From a virus, in IMG/VR virus record IMGVR_UViG_3300032267_001142, positions 96,001 to 160,000 of that record: a stretch of DNA of 64,000 nt, one strand, 5' to 3'. The position numbers and the translations under genes were made by a program. Each line of letters starts with the position of its first letter. Position 1 is the stretch's first letter. The notes beneath the pieces were generated by a model, which was not told the origin of the DNA, searched no databases, and worked only from the letters and a program-made list of their open reading frames with translations. This document shows, one piece after another, positions 36,512 to 44,008 of the stretch.

Positions 36512-36700
36512 ATGAACATCCTGAAATGGTTTAGGCGCTGTCAGTGCTGTAAAAAGCGAGGAGCGACCAGACGCCACCAAATGACTCAATACGCGGACGA
36601 AGAGCGCAACTTTGCGACGCTCTGCCCGCCTTGCCAAATCGGAAACGATAAGTATTGGGAGGATATGTGGGCCGAGTATCGTTCAAGTCAAGGTATCTGA
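36512..36700 (+). CDS. Small Cys-rich hypothetical protein
   Basis: CQCC...CPPC; start placed at the ATG after tRNA-Ser. Confidence 0.6.
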   Translation: MNILKWFRRCQCCKKRGATRRHQMTQYADEERNFATLCPPCQIGNDKYWEDMWAEYRSSQGI

Positions 36701-36771
36701 TTTTGCAGTGCAGAAAACCCGTTAATGGAGTCACGAGATGTTCGTCGGCAATAGAACTCCTTACTGCTTAT

Positions 36772-36847
36772 GTTCGCCTAGCTCAATAGATAGAGCACTA
36801 CTTTGCGAAGGTAGAGGTTCCCGATGCAAGTTCGGGGGTGAACTCCA
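36772..36847 (+). tRNA. tRNA-Arg(GCG), second copy
   Basis: GTTCGCC/GGTGAAC, loop TTGCGAA, T-loop TGCAAGT. Confidence 0.87.
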
Positions 36848-36853
36848 TTTAAT

Positions 36854-36927
36854 CGGAGGTTGATGAAACAGTATCATATTTGGCCTACACCCAAAATTCG
36901 CAAGGGCAGCACTTGCACTTCCGACCA
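36854..36927 (+). tRNA. tRNA-Val(TAC)
   Basis: CGGAGGT/ACTTCCG, loop CCTACAC, T-loop GGCAGCA. Confidence 0.83.
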
Positions 36928-36980
36928 ATTAGAGCCTTGACGCCTCTTGAAAAAAGCGTAATCTCAGGGCTGTTCTTTAC

Positions 36981-37055
36981 GCCGCCGTGGCAGAATAGAT
37001 ATGCGCCAGTCTCCTAAACTGGTTTATGAAAGTGCAACTCTTTCCGGCAGCACCA
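36981..37055 (+). tRNA. tRNA-Arg(CCT)
   Basis: GCCGCCG/CGGCAGC, loop CTCCTAA, T-loop TGCAACT. Confidence 0.85.
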
Positions 37056-37121
37056 GTTCTCTTGAAACAAGCGCCGAGAAATTGCAAAGGCACAAAGTCT
37101 TGGAGTAGGGAGAAAATTTTT

Positions 37122-37198
37122 CGAGTAGTAGTTTATCCTAGAAAAACAGCCCTTCACAAGAGGGCGAAGGTGAGGCATAGGAACTCCCCTCTCGACCA
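37122..37198 (+). pseudogene. Degenerate tRNA (Val(CAC)-like)
   Basis: D arm, GCCCT/AGGGC stem and CCA are present, but the acceptor has mismatches, the T arm is broken and the loop TCACAAG is off register. Confidence 0.5.
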
Positions 37199-37202
37199 TT
37201 TT

Positions 37203-37277
37203 GCCGCATAAACATAGTCAGCGATGTGCTAGTTTCGTAAACTAGATAGTAGGGTGCGTCTCCCTAATGTGGCTCCA
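37203..37277 (+). tRNA. tRNA-Thr(CGT)
   Basis: GCCGCAT/ATGTGGC, loop TTCGTAA, T-loop TGCGTCT. Confidence 0.86.
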
Positions 37278-37388
37278 TTTTGCAAAAAGAAAACTGATGC
37301 ACCTATGGTCAAAGGGGTGTTGTGAAAATCAGGGTGCGGCTTGCCGTGCGAAACACAGGGGTAAAAGTCCCAACTAGACCATCATTTT

Positions 37389-37463
37389 GTCCCATTAGTG
37401 AAACAGATATAACAATGCGTTTCGACCGCATAATTCCGAGTGCAAATCTTGGGTGGGACACCA
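37389..37463 (+). tRNA. tRNA-Arg(TCG)
   Basis: GTCCCAT/GTGGGAC, loop TTTCGAC, T-loop TGCAAAT. Confidence 0.85.
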
Positions 37464-37600
37464 ATCGCTACGACCATTGCAACCAAACCCAAGTCTCACC
37501 GAGGGCGCAGCCAAGCAGGTATGGTGCAAATCTCCCTGTGCTGTGAGAGACTTGGGAAGGGTGCAAGTGCAACTCCCGCCTTGGCGTCCAATTTTTAGAT

Positions 37601-37675
37601 GGTTACGTGAGTGTGATAGCCGCACTGAATTTTGTGAAAATTCCAGAATGGGAGCGAAACCCATACGTGACCCCA
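37601..37675 (+). tRNA. tRNA-His(GTG) with G-1:C73
   Basis: GGTTACGT/ACGTGACC, loop TTGTGAA, T-loop AGCGAAA. Confidence 0.86.
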
Positions 37676-37739
37676 TCTTTTCTTTCTCAAATTGGAGTTT
37701 AATCTTGCCGCCGCTTGAAAAGTGGGTATGATTATCGAA

Positions 37740-37815
37740 TCAGGTGATGATGTAGCACTCAGCATTCGATTCTGTGAAAATCGCCGGATACGTGGAACTC
37801 GTATGCACCTGACCA
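37740..37815 (+). tRNA. tRNA-His(GTG), atypical (U-1:A73)
   Basis: TCAGGTG/CACCTGA, loop CTGTGAA, T-loop TGGAACT. Confidence 0.72.
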
Positions 37816-37819
37816 CTTT

Positions 37820-38374
37820 ATGAGCAACTTTAAGTTAGATAGACGGTATTGTTTTAACTGCCAGACTGATACAGAACAAATCGTGAGAGACTCGACGCAC
37901 GAGCGGGACGCCTCAAATGATTATTACATCTGTCGGATGTGCCACCATCATTATTCAGGTCGCTCAGGCGAGTATGAAAAACCTTCGGCTTTCGATTTAG
38001 AATACGAAGAGTCTCTCGCAAAGCAACTATCAACACGACCACAATACGAAAAACTCTTCAGAAGAGAGTTTAGAGCGTTAGACTCAGACTCTCAGCAATT
38101 AGCCGCAGTCACTCTTATCGACACATACAGCCATCGTGTCAACGTCCTCGCGAAGGCTTTTGAGAGTCTAGCCCTCCAGATGATTAAGTCTGGAAGCATT
38201 TCGCGTTTTCGTCGTATCGTAGGACGAGATTTCGTAATTAAACCCCTGCAAAGTTCCCCCTTTTTGAGCGAAAGAGAGCGAGCGTTAAAATCGCAACTGG
38301 CCACCCCGCCAACAGAACGGCAAGTGGAGACGAAAAGCGCATTTTTACGCTCGCTGAACGAAGAGAGTTGTTGA
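37820..38374 (+). CDS. Hypothetical protein with N-terminal Zn ribbon
   Basis: CFNC...CRMC. Confidence 0.65.
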   Translation: MSNFKLDRRYCFNCQTDTEQIVRDSTHERDASNDYYICRMCHHHYSGRSGEYEKPSAFDLEYEESLAKQLSTRPQYEKLFRREFRALDSDSQQLAAVTLIDTYSHRVNVLAKAFESLALQMIKSGSISRFRRIVGRDFVIKPLQSSPFLSERERALKSQLATPPTERQVETKSAFLRSLNEESC

Positions 38375-38407
38375 CTTTGGGTCAAAAAAGCCATATTCTT
38401 AATTCAC

Positions 38408-38478
38408 GTCCTCGGTAATAGATACTTCTGGAGCTTCTAACTCTGAGAAACGCGGCGCGATACCGTGCGGGGACACCA
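38408..38478 (+). tRNA. tRNA-Arg(TCT), shortened D arm
   Basis: GTCCTCG/CGGGGAC, loop CTTCTAA, T-loop CGCGATA; 71 nt. Confidence 0.72.
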
Positions 38479-38485
38479 CTCTAAA

Positions 38486-38887
38486 ATGAAAATCAGAACC
38501 GAAAAAGTAATCGACTGCAACGATTGGGACAAGCTGGTCAAAGAGACTTACGGCAAGCCTTACACGCTTCAACAACAGAGAGGCTGTCACGACCGAGGCT
38601 TTTTTCGCTTCACAGTTCCAGAGGAAACTGACGAAGATGACTACGCGCACGACGAGATACCGGAAGTCGTCAACGACGAAAAGATGTGCGTCAAATTCGA
38701 TAAGTGGTTAGCGAGAGACCCGAAGCAGGAACTCAATGCCGAAGACGGCTCTTGCCGAAAAGAGGACTGGGCCATTGATTTGTGGTGGTCGCGCAATTTC
38801 TATCCAGCGTTTCAGGTTGTTGCTAATGATTTGCACAAACGCGGCAAAATTGAGGCGGGAGACTATACCATAGATATTAACTGGTAA
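38486..38887 (+). CDS. Hypothetical protein
   Basis: Start moved to the ATG after the tRNA (MKIRTEKVID...). Confidence 0.75.
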   Translation: MKIRTEKVIDCNDWDKLVKETYGKPYTLQQQRGCHDRGFFRFTVPEETDEDDYAHDEIPEVVNDEKMCVKFDKWLARDPKQELNAEDGSCRKEDWAIDLWWSRNFYPAFQVVANDLHKRGKIEAGDYTIDINW

Positions 38888-39078
38888 TGACAGCCGAAGA
38901 AGAGTCCTCAATTAGAAACGCTATATCTCTGCTGCGGCGCTCATTGTGTTGTGACTACAATAACGAGACTTACATTAAAGTTTCGGAGGGTTACTTGGAC
39001 TACGTTTTCAGACAGCTCAGAGCGGGACAAAAAGTTCAGCCCCACAAAGAGGCGGGTTTTGCGCTGGCAGGATTTTAG
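38887..39078 (+). CDS. Small hypothetical protein
   Basis: TAATG-coupled. Confidence 0.55.
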   Translation: MTAEEESSIRNAISLLRRSLCCDYNNETYIKVSEGYLDYVFRQLRAGQKVQPHKEAGFALAGF

Positions 39079-39101
39079 TAATTACGGTGTTGATAGCGCG
39101 T

Positions 39102-39596
39102 CTAATTACCATGAATAGACACAACACTACGGCACAATTTTAAGAAGTCGTCTAACGCCAAATCATTTTTAGCAACGTTTGCGTTTTTGGTAGTCAAACC
39201 CATATTAGACAAGTCACAAGCGCCGCCTTTACTTCTTGGTACTTTATGGTCTAGTGAGTAGCTATCCGCTTTTAATAAGTCAATCTTTTCGCCTGTTAGG
39301 TAGCAGGTCGGATTTTCGCCAATAAACGCTAACGCATCCTTGAAGGAGATTGCAGGTTCCGCCTGCCCTTTCAATTTTCCGCCCATACTGAAAAATTTAC
39401 CATAAAATCTTTGCAGCTTCCGTCTTAAAGGATGGGCTTTAGAATCGTACTCTTTGGCTTTCCTTAACGCGTAATCTCTAGCAGTTGGGCTAAGATAATA
39501 TCGAACACAAGCAATAGAAACCGATAGATGTTTAGCGATTTTTCTGTAACCCCAAGTTGGGTTTTGTAGTTTACAGTCAAGGACTTTTTGTTTCAT
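39102..39596 (-). CDS. HTH-HNH endonuclease, antisense
   Basis: N-terminal HTH (WGYRKIAKHL); CYLTG...SLDHKVPRSKGG...NMGL....N..K. Confidence 0.88.
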   Translation of the reverse strand: MKQKVLDCKLQNPTWGYRKIAKHLSVSIACVRYYLSPTARDYALRKAKEYDSKAHPLRRKLQRFYGKFFSMGGKLKGQAEPAISFKDALAFIGENPTCYLTGEKIDLLKADSYSLDHKVPRSKGGACDLSNMGLTTKNANVAKNDLALDDFLKLCRSVVSIHGN

Positions 39597-39642
39597 GTGA
39601 TTGTTTACACGTTGCTAAGAATTTTGGGAAATTTAGATACAT

Positions 39643-39734
39643 GGTTCTGTAATGTAAAGTAGCATCGCACGTCTTATAAACGTGGCGCACTTGATTGGTG
39701 CCGGGTCTCAGTGCAAGTCTGAGCAGAACTACCA
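39643..39734 (+). tRNA. tRNA-Ile(TAT) with long variable arm
   Basis: GGTTCTG/CAGAACT, CACGT-CTTATAA-ACGTG, ~22-nt variable arm, T-loop TGCAAGT. Confidence 0.83.
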
Positions 39735-39737
39735 TTT

Positions 39738-39813
39738 CGCTCCTTACTCCAATGCAGAGAGCGTGGTCTCAGAAACCGCGAAAGTGTCGTTGCAAGTACG
39801 ACAGGAGCGACCA
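39738..39813 (+). tRNA. tRNA-Leu(CAG), short variable loop
   Basis: CGCTCCT/AGGAGCG, loop CTCAGAA, T-loop TGCAAGT. Confidence 0.84.
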
Positions 39814-39823
39814 GAATTTAGAT

Positions 39824-39905
39824 TCCTAGTAAGGAAACGAGTGTAACCGGCGGTCTGTTAAACCGTGAAATAACGAGCTTCGTGCGACTCGAAGACTAGG
39901 AGCCA
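39824..39905 (+). tRNA. tRNA-Asn(GTT), second copy, enlarged variable region
   Basis: TCCTAGT/ACTAGGA, loop CTGTTAA, T-loop TGCGACT. Confidence 0.82.
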
Positions 39906-40052
39906 TTTCAACCCTATTGAGAACCAATAGGGGACGGCACCCTGACAGCAACTTAATCAGGGCGCAGTAAGCGGAAGTTTAAGTTCTAACCGCGTAGCCG
40001 TTGAAAATTTTCTTCTTGCGTTTAGCGAGAAAGACTGTAAGATATAACACAT

Positions 40053-40136
40053 ACACCCTCTCCCAAGAAGGATTGGAACTCGTCTCCAAAACGAGAGTCA
40101 TCAGACTAAGCCGAGCGTTACGGCAAGGGTGTGCCA
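40053..40136 (+). tRNA. tRNA-Trp(CCA) with variable-arm hairpin
   Basis: ACACCCT/AGGGTGT, G73, loop CTCCAAA, AGTC-ATCA-GACT arm, T-loop AGCGTTA. Confidence 0.78.
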
Positions 40137-40140
40137 CTTT

Positions 40141-40214
40141 GGGCTGTTCGACTAAAATTAAGTCACGAGTCTCTTAAACTCAGGAACACGGAGAATTACC
40201 GTGACGGCTCACCA
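40141..40214 (+). tRNA. tRNA-Lys(CTT), second copy
   Basis: GGGCTGT/ACGGCTC, loop CTCTTAA, T-loop AGAATTA. Confidence 0.86.
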
Positions 40215-40289
40215 GCGGGATAGACAAGTAGTTAAGTCAGGGGTTTCATAAGCCTCCATGCATGGGTGCAAATCCCATTTCCGCAACCA
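40214..40289 (+). tRNA. tRNA-Met(CAT), initiator-like; position 1 overlaps the upstream CCA
   Basis: AGCGGGA/TTCCGCA with 1:72 mismatch, G-rich anticodon stem, loop TTCATAA, T-loop TGCAAAT. Confidence 0.84.
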
Positions 40290-40299
40290 TTGTAAATAT

Positions 40300-40374
40300 G
40301 GGCCATTGATGAAATAGTATCATGCAATTCTGGCAGAATTGATTTTCGGGTGCGAATCCCGAATGTGTCCACCA
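40300..40374 (+). tRNA. tRNA-Ala(GGC), bulged acceptor stem
   Basis: GGGCCAT/ATG(T)GTCC with G3:U70, loop CTGGCAG, T-loop TGCGAAT. Confidence 0.82.
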
Positions 40375-40376
40375 TT

Positions 40377-40468
40377 GGAAGCTAGGCGAATATAAGTTGG
40401 TCGCGCTAGTCTTGAAAACTAGTTCACTGTAACAGGTGAGGTCGGGGCAGTACCGACAGCTTCCGCCA
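40377..40468 (+). tRNA. tRNA-Ser(TGA)
   Basis: GGAAGCT/AGCTTCC, loop CTTGAAA, long variable arm, T-loop GGCAGTA. Confidence 0.87.
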
Positions 40469-40991
40469 TTTTGGATACTGAGTATCCACGGTGTATCAAA
40501 ACTAACTTACAGATTTCCTCGAACTCTTCTAATGTGGAGTCTGATTTTGCGCGATTTACCGCTTTTAGCGTCAAGCCGCAATTTGAAAGAGAATTATCTC
40601 CTCCTTTCGCAATAGGTTGAATATGGTCAAGCTCATAGGTTTTCGGCTCTAGTAGATTTATCGGTAGTCCCGTAAGATAGCAGATAGGCTGAGACAAGAG
40701 CTTGTCTTTAAGTTCTTGAGCAGAGAACAGAGAAGCTGCACGATTTCGTCCGCCCGCTAATCCGGCCTTAGTGCATCGCCGCCCCGCTATACATTGGAAA
40801 TTATCCTTTTTGCGTTTCAAAATTCCGTTGAAATTCGCCCGATGCTTTCTCGTTCGTGCGAAGCTTCGTTTTTTACCTTCAGGATTCAAATAGTAAGCGA
40901 CAGTACTATAAGCGCAACCTAAAAATTTCGCTATGTTTTTATACCCCCATGTTGGGTTGGAGGTTTTACAATCAAGGATTTTTTGTTTCAT
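40419..40991 (-). CDS. HTH-HNH endonuclease, paralog of 39102..39596; 3' end overlaps tRNA-Ser(TGA) antisense
   Basis: MKQKILDCK..NPTWGY..IA; CYLTG...ELDHIQPIAKGGDN.L.NCGL....N.AK. Confidence 0.88.
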   Translation of the reverse strand: MKQKILDCKTSNPTWGYKNIAKFLGCAYSTVAYYLNPEGKKRSFARTRKHRANFNGILKRKKDNFQCIAGRRCTKAGLAGGRNRAASLFSAQELKDKLLSQPICYLTGLPINLLEPKTYELDHIQPIAKGGDNSLSNCGLTLKAVNRAKSDSTLEEFEEICKLVLIHRGYSVSKMAEAVGTAPTSPVTVN

Positions 40992-41043
40992 ACATGATTT
41001 TACACGTCGCGTCACATTTTTTCTAGTATTTGTATCGCTGCTT

Positions 41044-41132
41044 AGCAGATTACCCGAATAAGATTCGGCCTCGCCTCGAAAGCGAAGGGCACCCCAAAAG
41101 GGTGTGGGGCGCGCTACCTCAATCTGCTGCCA
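41044..41132 (+). tRNA. tRNA-Ser(CGA)
   Basis: AGCAGAT/ATCTGCT, G73, loop CTCGAAA, long variable arm, T-loop CGCGCTA. Confidence 0.83.
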
Positions 41133-41135
41133 TTT

Positions 41136-41226
41136 GGTAAGTAAATCATCAAAGTGATGACCTAAGCTGGAAACTTAGTGGCACCCTTAAAAAAGGTGTG
41201 GGATGCGAGTTCTCTGCTTACCGCCA
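41136..41226 (+). tRNA. tRNA-Ser(GGA)
   Basis: GGTAAGT/GCTTACC, loop CTGGAAA, long variable arm, T-loop TGCGAGT. Confidence 0.83.
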
Positions 41227-41250
41227 CGCAGCTCAAAATGAGCTGCTTTT

Positions 41251-41325
41251 AGCCCTGTGGTGTAATAGAAACATATCTGGTTCTGACCCAGCAGACTCAA
41301 CGTGCAAGTCGTTGCGGGGCTTCCA
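41251..41325 (+). tRNA. tRNA-Gln(CTG)
   Basis: AGCCCTG/CGGGGCT, loop TTCTGAC, T-loop TGCAAGT. Confidence 0.85.
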
Positions 41326-41328
41326 ATT

Positions 41329-41535
41329 ATGCCTAGTATCAAAGAAAAGAAAGTCGCGTTCCTACTCGAAAGAGGCGCGGCGGTCGCCTTAGACCAGTTC
41401 AATAGGACTGTGTTGAAGCAAGGTGGCGCGTTTTGTCTCGTTGACGACTATGGCCGCGTCACTTGGTATACGAATAAGACTCTGGAAGAAATGCGAGTCA
41501 TAAGAAACGATGCGAGAGTCGAGATTGAATTATGA
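41329..41535 (+). CDS. Small hypothetical protein
   Basis: Start placed at the ATG after tRNA-Gln. Confidence 0.55.
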   Translation: MPSIKEKKVAFLLERGAAVALDQFNRTVLKQGGAFCLVDDYGRVTWYTNKTLEEMRVIRNDARVEIEL

Positions 41536-41789
41536 AAAGCATGCTCCGCAGTGTCATAAAGGCGAACAAGCAGATAGAAGAGGCTAGAAGCATAATTGCC
41601 AAGGTTCAAGCGAAATGCTCACACCCTGACGCGACGCTCGATAAAGTTTACAAAGCGGACACTGGCAACTGGTGCGAGCAGGACAACTCGTATTGGGCAG
41701 AACTGACGTGTAACCGATGCGGCAAATTTTGGTACGCAGACAGCGTAAAGAATCCAGAAGACTACCGCAGGGGCACAGTAAAAGTTTGA
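41532..41789 (+). CDS. Small Zn-binding hypothetical protein
   Basis: CSH...CNRCGK. Confidence 0.65.
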   Translation: MKSMLRSVIKANKQIEEARSIIAKVQAKCSHPDATLDKVYKADTGNWCEQDNSYWAELTCNRCGKFWYADSVKNPEDYRRGTVKV

Positions 41790-41819
41790 CAGCTCAGAAA
41801 GTTTCGATATCATAAAAGC

Positions 41820-42236
41820 ATGAAACCAATCTCCCGTAAGTCCTTCTTTGCTATTTTTGTCGCCCCGCTTTTGGCTCCGTTTTTACCAAAAGCCGTTGCA
41901 AAAATCGTTAATCCAACTAGCGAGCCAACCGCTTCAAAGGTTTTCCTTACAGCGACAGAGGTAACGACAAACAAGAGAATCGGAAGCGTGAGCTTTTACA
42001 GTAAGTATCTTGCTAACGGACGAACGGAAGTCGCCGATAGAGCGCTGGCTCTCTTAGTTAGGCGGGCCGTCGATAGTGGCGCGTCGCACTATGTCGTCAC
42101 ATGGTCAGATGCGAACGCTCAGCGGGCATATTTCCATGAAAAATTTAACATACCGCTGAAAAACCTAGACTCTATGTTAGGAAAGTCCGAGCACTGGCTG
42201 AGCCGAGCTGAATTCGAGACACAATATCCTCTTTGA
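41820..42236 (+). CDS. Hypothetical protein with Tat-like/hydrophobic N-terminus
   Basis: ISRKSFFAIFVAPLLAPFL. Confidence 0.65.
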   Translation: MKPISRKSFFAIFVAPLLAPFLPKAVAKIVNPTSEPTASKVFLTATEVTTNKRIGSVSFYSKYLANGRTEVADRALALLVRRAVDSGASHYVVTWSDANAQRAYFHEKFNIPLKNLDSMLGKSEHWLSRAEFETQYPL

Positions 42237-42378
42237 TGCTCTTTATACCTTATTCCAACGATTTTTTACTTCAGTCTCGATGCCGCCTCGGCGGAGGATG
42301 TAAATATGGGAAAATAATCGAGTTGGATGCTCGTTTTGAAAACGAGATAGGAATTATAGTAATTCGATAACGAATTAT

Positions 42379-42455
42379 GTCCTGTGAGGGAGCAAGTTGA
42401 ACCCCACAATCTGCAAAATTGTTGTTGCACGGCGCGATACCGTGACAGGACTCCA
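42379..42455 (+). tRNA. tRNA-Cys(GCA), second copy
   Basis: GTCCTGT/ACAGGAC, U73, loop CTGCAAA, T-loop CGCGATA. Confidence 0.85.
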
Positions 42456-42457
42456 AT

Positions 42458-42802
42458 ATGAAACCCGAAGCGCAAAGAAAAGCTATCATTAAGTTCTGTG
42501 GCTGGAAAGACATCTCCGATAGCTGCCGCTATCGTTTAATGACTTTAGCAGTGATTCGAGACGAGCGGATGTTTAACGTCCACGACCCTTTGACGGATTT
42601 GAACGCGATGCGCGAGGCGGAGAGGATGTTGTCAGTAAAGCAAGCGAAACTTTATGTCGAGCTTTTGGGTGAGATAGTTCTGGACAACGGGGGCTGTTAC
42701 TTCAATAAGAACAAATATATGGCATTCGTGGCTCTAAATTCCACGGCTGCGCAGCGCGCCGAAGCTTTTCTAAAAGCTCTTGGACTTTGGACAGAAGATT
42801 AA
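42458..42802 (+). CDS. Hypothetical protein (ABA-sandwich-like), similar to 53579..53944
   Basis: GW...DP..DLNAM.EAE..L...A.AAQRAEAFL. Confidence 0.7.
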   Translation: MKPEAQRKAIIKFCGWKDISDSCRYRLMTLAVIRDERMFNVHDPLTDLNAMREAERMLSVKQAKLYVELLGEIVLDNGGCYFNKNKYMAFVALNSTAAQRAEAFLKALGLWTED

Positions 42803-42807
42803 AAGTG

Positions 42808-42835
42808 TTGACGTTTTAGCAAAAGAGCCTAGAAT
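42808..42835 (+). promoter_or_regulatory. sigma70-type promoter for the large ncRNA
   Basis: TTGACG-16-TAGAAT. Confidence 0.7.
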
Positions 42836-42841
42836 GTAACC

Positions 42842-43815
42842 ATGCGATTGAGACAGGAAACTCTCTCGAAAGCAACAAAAGGGGGCATGACCTCTTAGAT
42901 AACGCGCCGCAAGGCGAAGAAAGGCTGAAAGCCCTACATTTTCAGCCGCCGTTTACGGTCACTTATGCAACCGTAGTTCCTCGGTTTACAATGCCAAACA
43001 TTGTGGACTAGACTATCGAGGTTCCGGCGTCCCGAAAGGGGCGTTTCCAGACGTGAAACTCTGGTAAACGGGTTCAAACTTAAATAGTCGAGAACGAAGC
43101 GTAGTTGTTTATGTCGAGCCTAGCAAGCAAGACGCGAACAGCAGCCCAAACGGGAGTGGACTCGTGAGAGTTTATGACCGAGAAAGCCGTCGAAATCGCC
43201 GCTGGCGAAAGATATCATGTTGTGTTGTATTGGGTGGTCGAAAGGTCATCTAGCGACTGGACAGACGCAACATAATAGGGATAAGTATTTGGAACTTACA
43301 AGAAAAAGTTCTGTCCACGTTAGCGCGATAAGCAGATTAAGTCGCTGGCCTTCGGGCAACAGCGAGCGTTAAACCTCTCAAGGGAATAACGTTTGGCGTC
43401 AGAGTAAGATTGGTTGGCCTTTAGCGGGGTTAGCTGAGACGAAAAAACGCTGAGTAGCGCGACGGTTAATGGATATGCTACCATTCAAAAGCATCTGTGA
43501 GAAATAGCGGTCGAAAGGTCGCTGGATAACAAGATAACACATACGTCTTGTAAAGGTTCTCGAATCGAAGCATAGTCTCAGCTTTGATAATTTGGTCAGC
43601 GGGCGAGCTATTTGAACGCAGTCGTTTGCAAAACTTCTATAGCAAGGTGAGATTCCTTGGCTGACCTCCATCTCATCAGTAGCGTATTACGCTAGTTTGG
43701 CTGCGGCCCATTGGGTCGCGAATTAAAGAGTTCGGGTTGCTCTGAGCTTAGTAGATTGGCAGGACGGAGGTAATAATATCCGCGCTTGTTAGTTGCTGGA
43801 CGGGGAGTTAGCCCC
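42842..43815 (+). ncRNA. Large (~970 nt) highly structured non-coding RNA, GOLLD/ROOL-like or novel
   Basis: No + strand ORF of 60 aa or more; own promoter; many GNRA/UUCG hairpins and long-range helices; ends just before tRNA-Ala(CGC). Confidence 0.7.
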
Positions 43816-43824
43816 TTGAGAAAT

Positions 43825-43899
43825 GGGTCATTGGTGAAATAGAATCACGACGCACTCGCAATGCGTAGTCGAGGGTGCGACTCCCTCATGTATCCACCA
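43825..43899 (+). tRNA. tRNA-Ala(CGC), bulged acceptor stem
   Basis: GGGTCAT/ATG(T)ATCC with G3:U70, loop CTCGCAA, T-loop TGCGACT. Confidence 0.83.
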
Positions 43900-43933
43900 C
43901 AATTTTTACGTCGGAAACACAAAGAAAACATAA

Positions 43934-44008
43934 ATGCCACTCAATATCTTAACTCTTTCGGTAGTGATGTCCGCGTTACTAATCTTAACTAGCCGCCGTA
44001 TTCGATGA
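43934..44008 (+). CDS. Tiny hydrophobic peptide (24 aa)
   Basis: MPLNILTLSVVMSALLILTSRRIR*, ATGA-coupled to the next gene. Confidence 0.35.
   Translation: MPLNILTLSVVMSALLILTSRRIR

Noticed and set aside
43075-43130. tmRNA resume-like sequence AAATAGTCGAGAACGAA within the large RNA
   Set aside because: No tRNA-like ends with G3:U70; the real tmRNA is at 58109-58522
43399-43671. 90-aa minus-strand ORF in the large ncRNA
   Set aside because: No motif, no start context, antisense to a promoter-driven structured region
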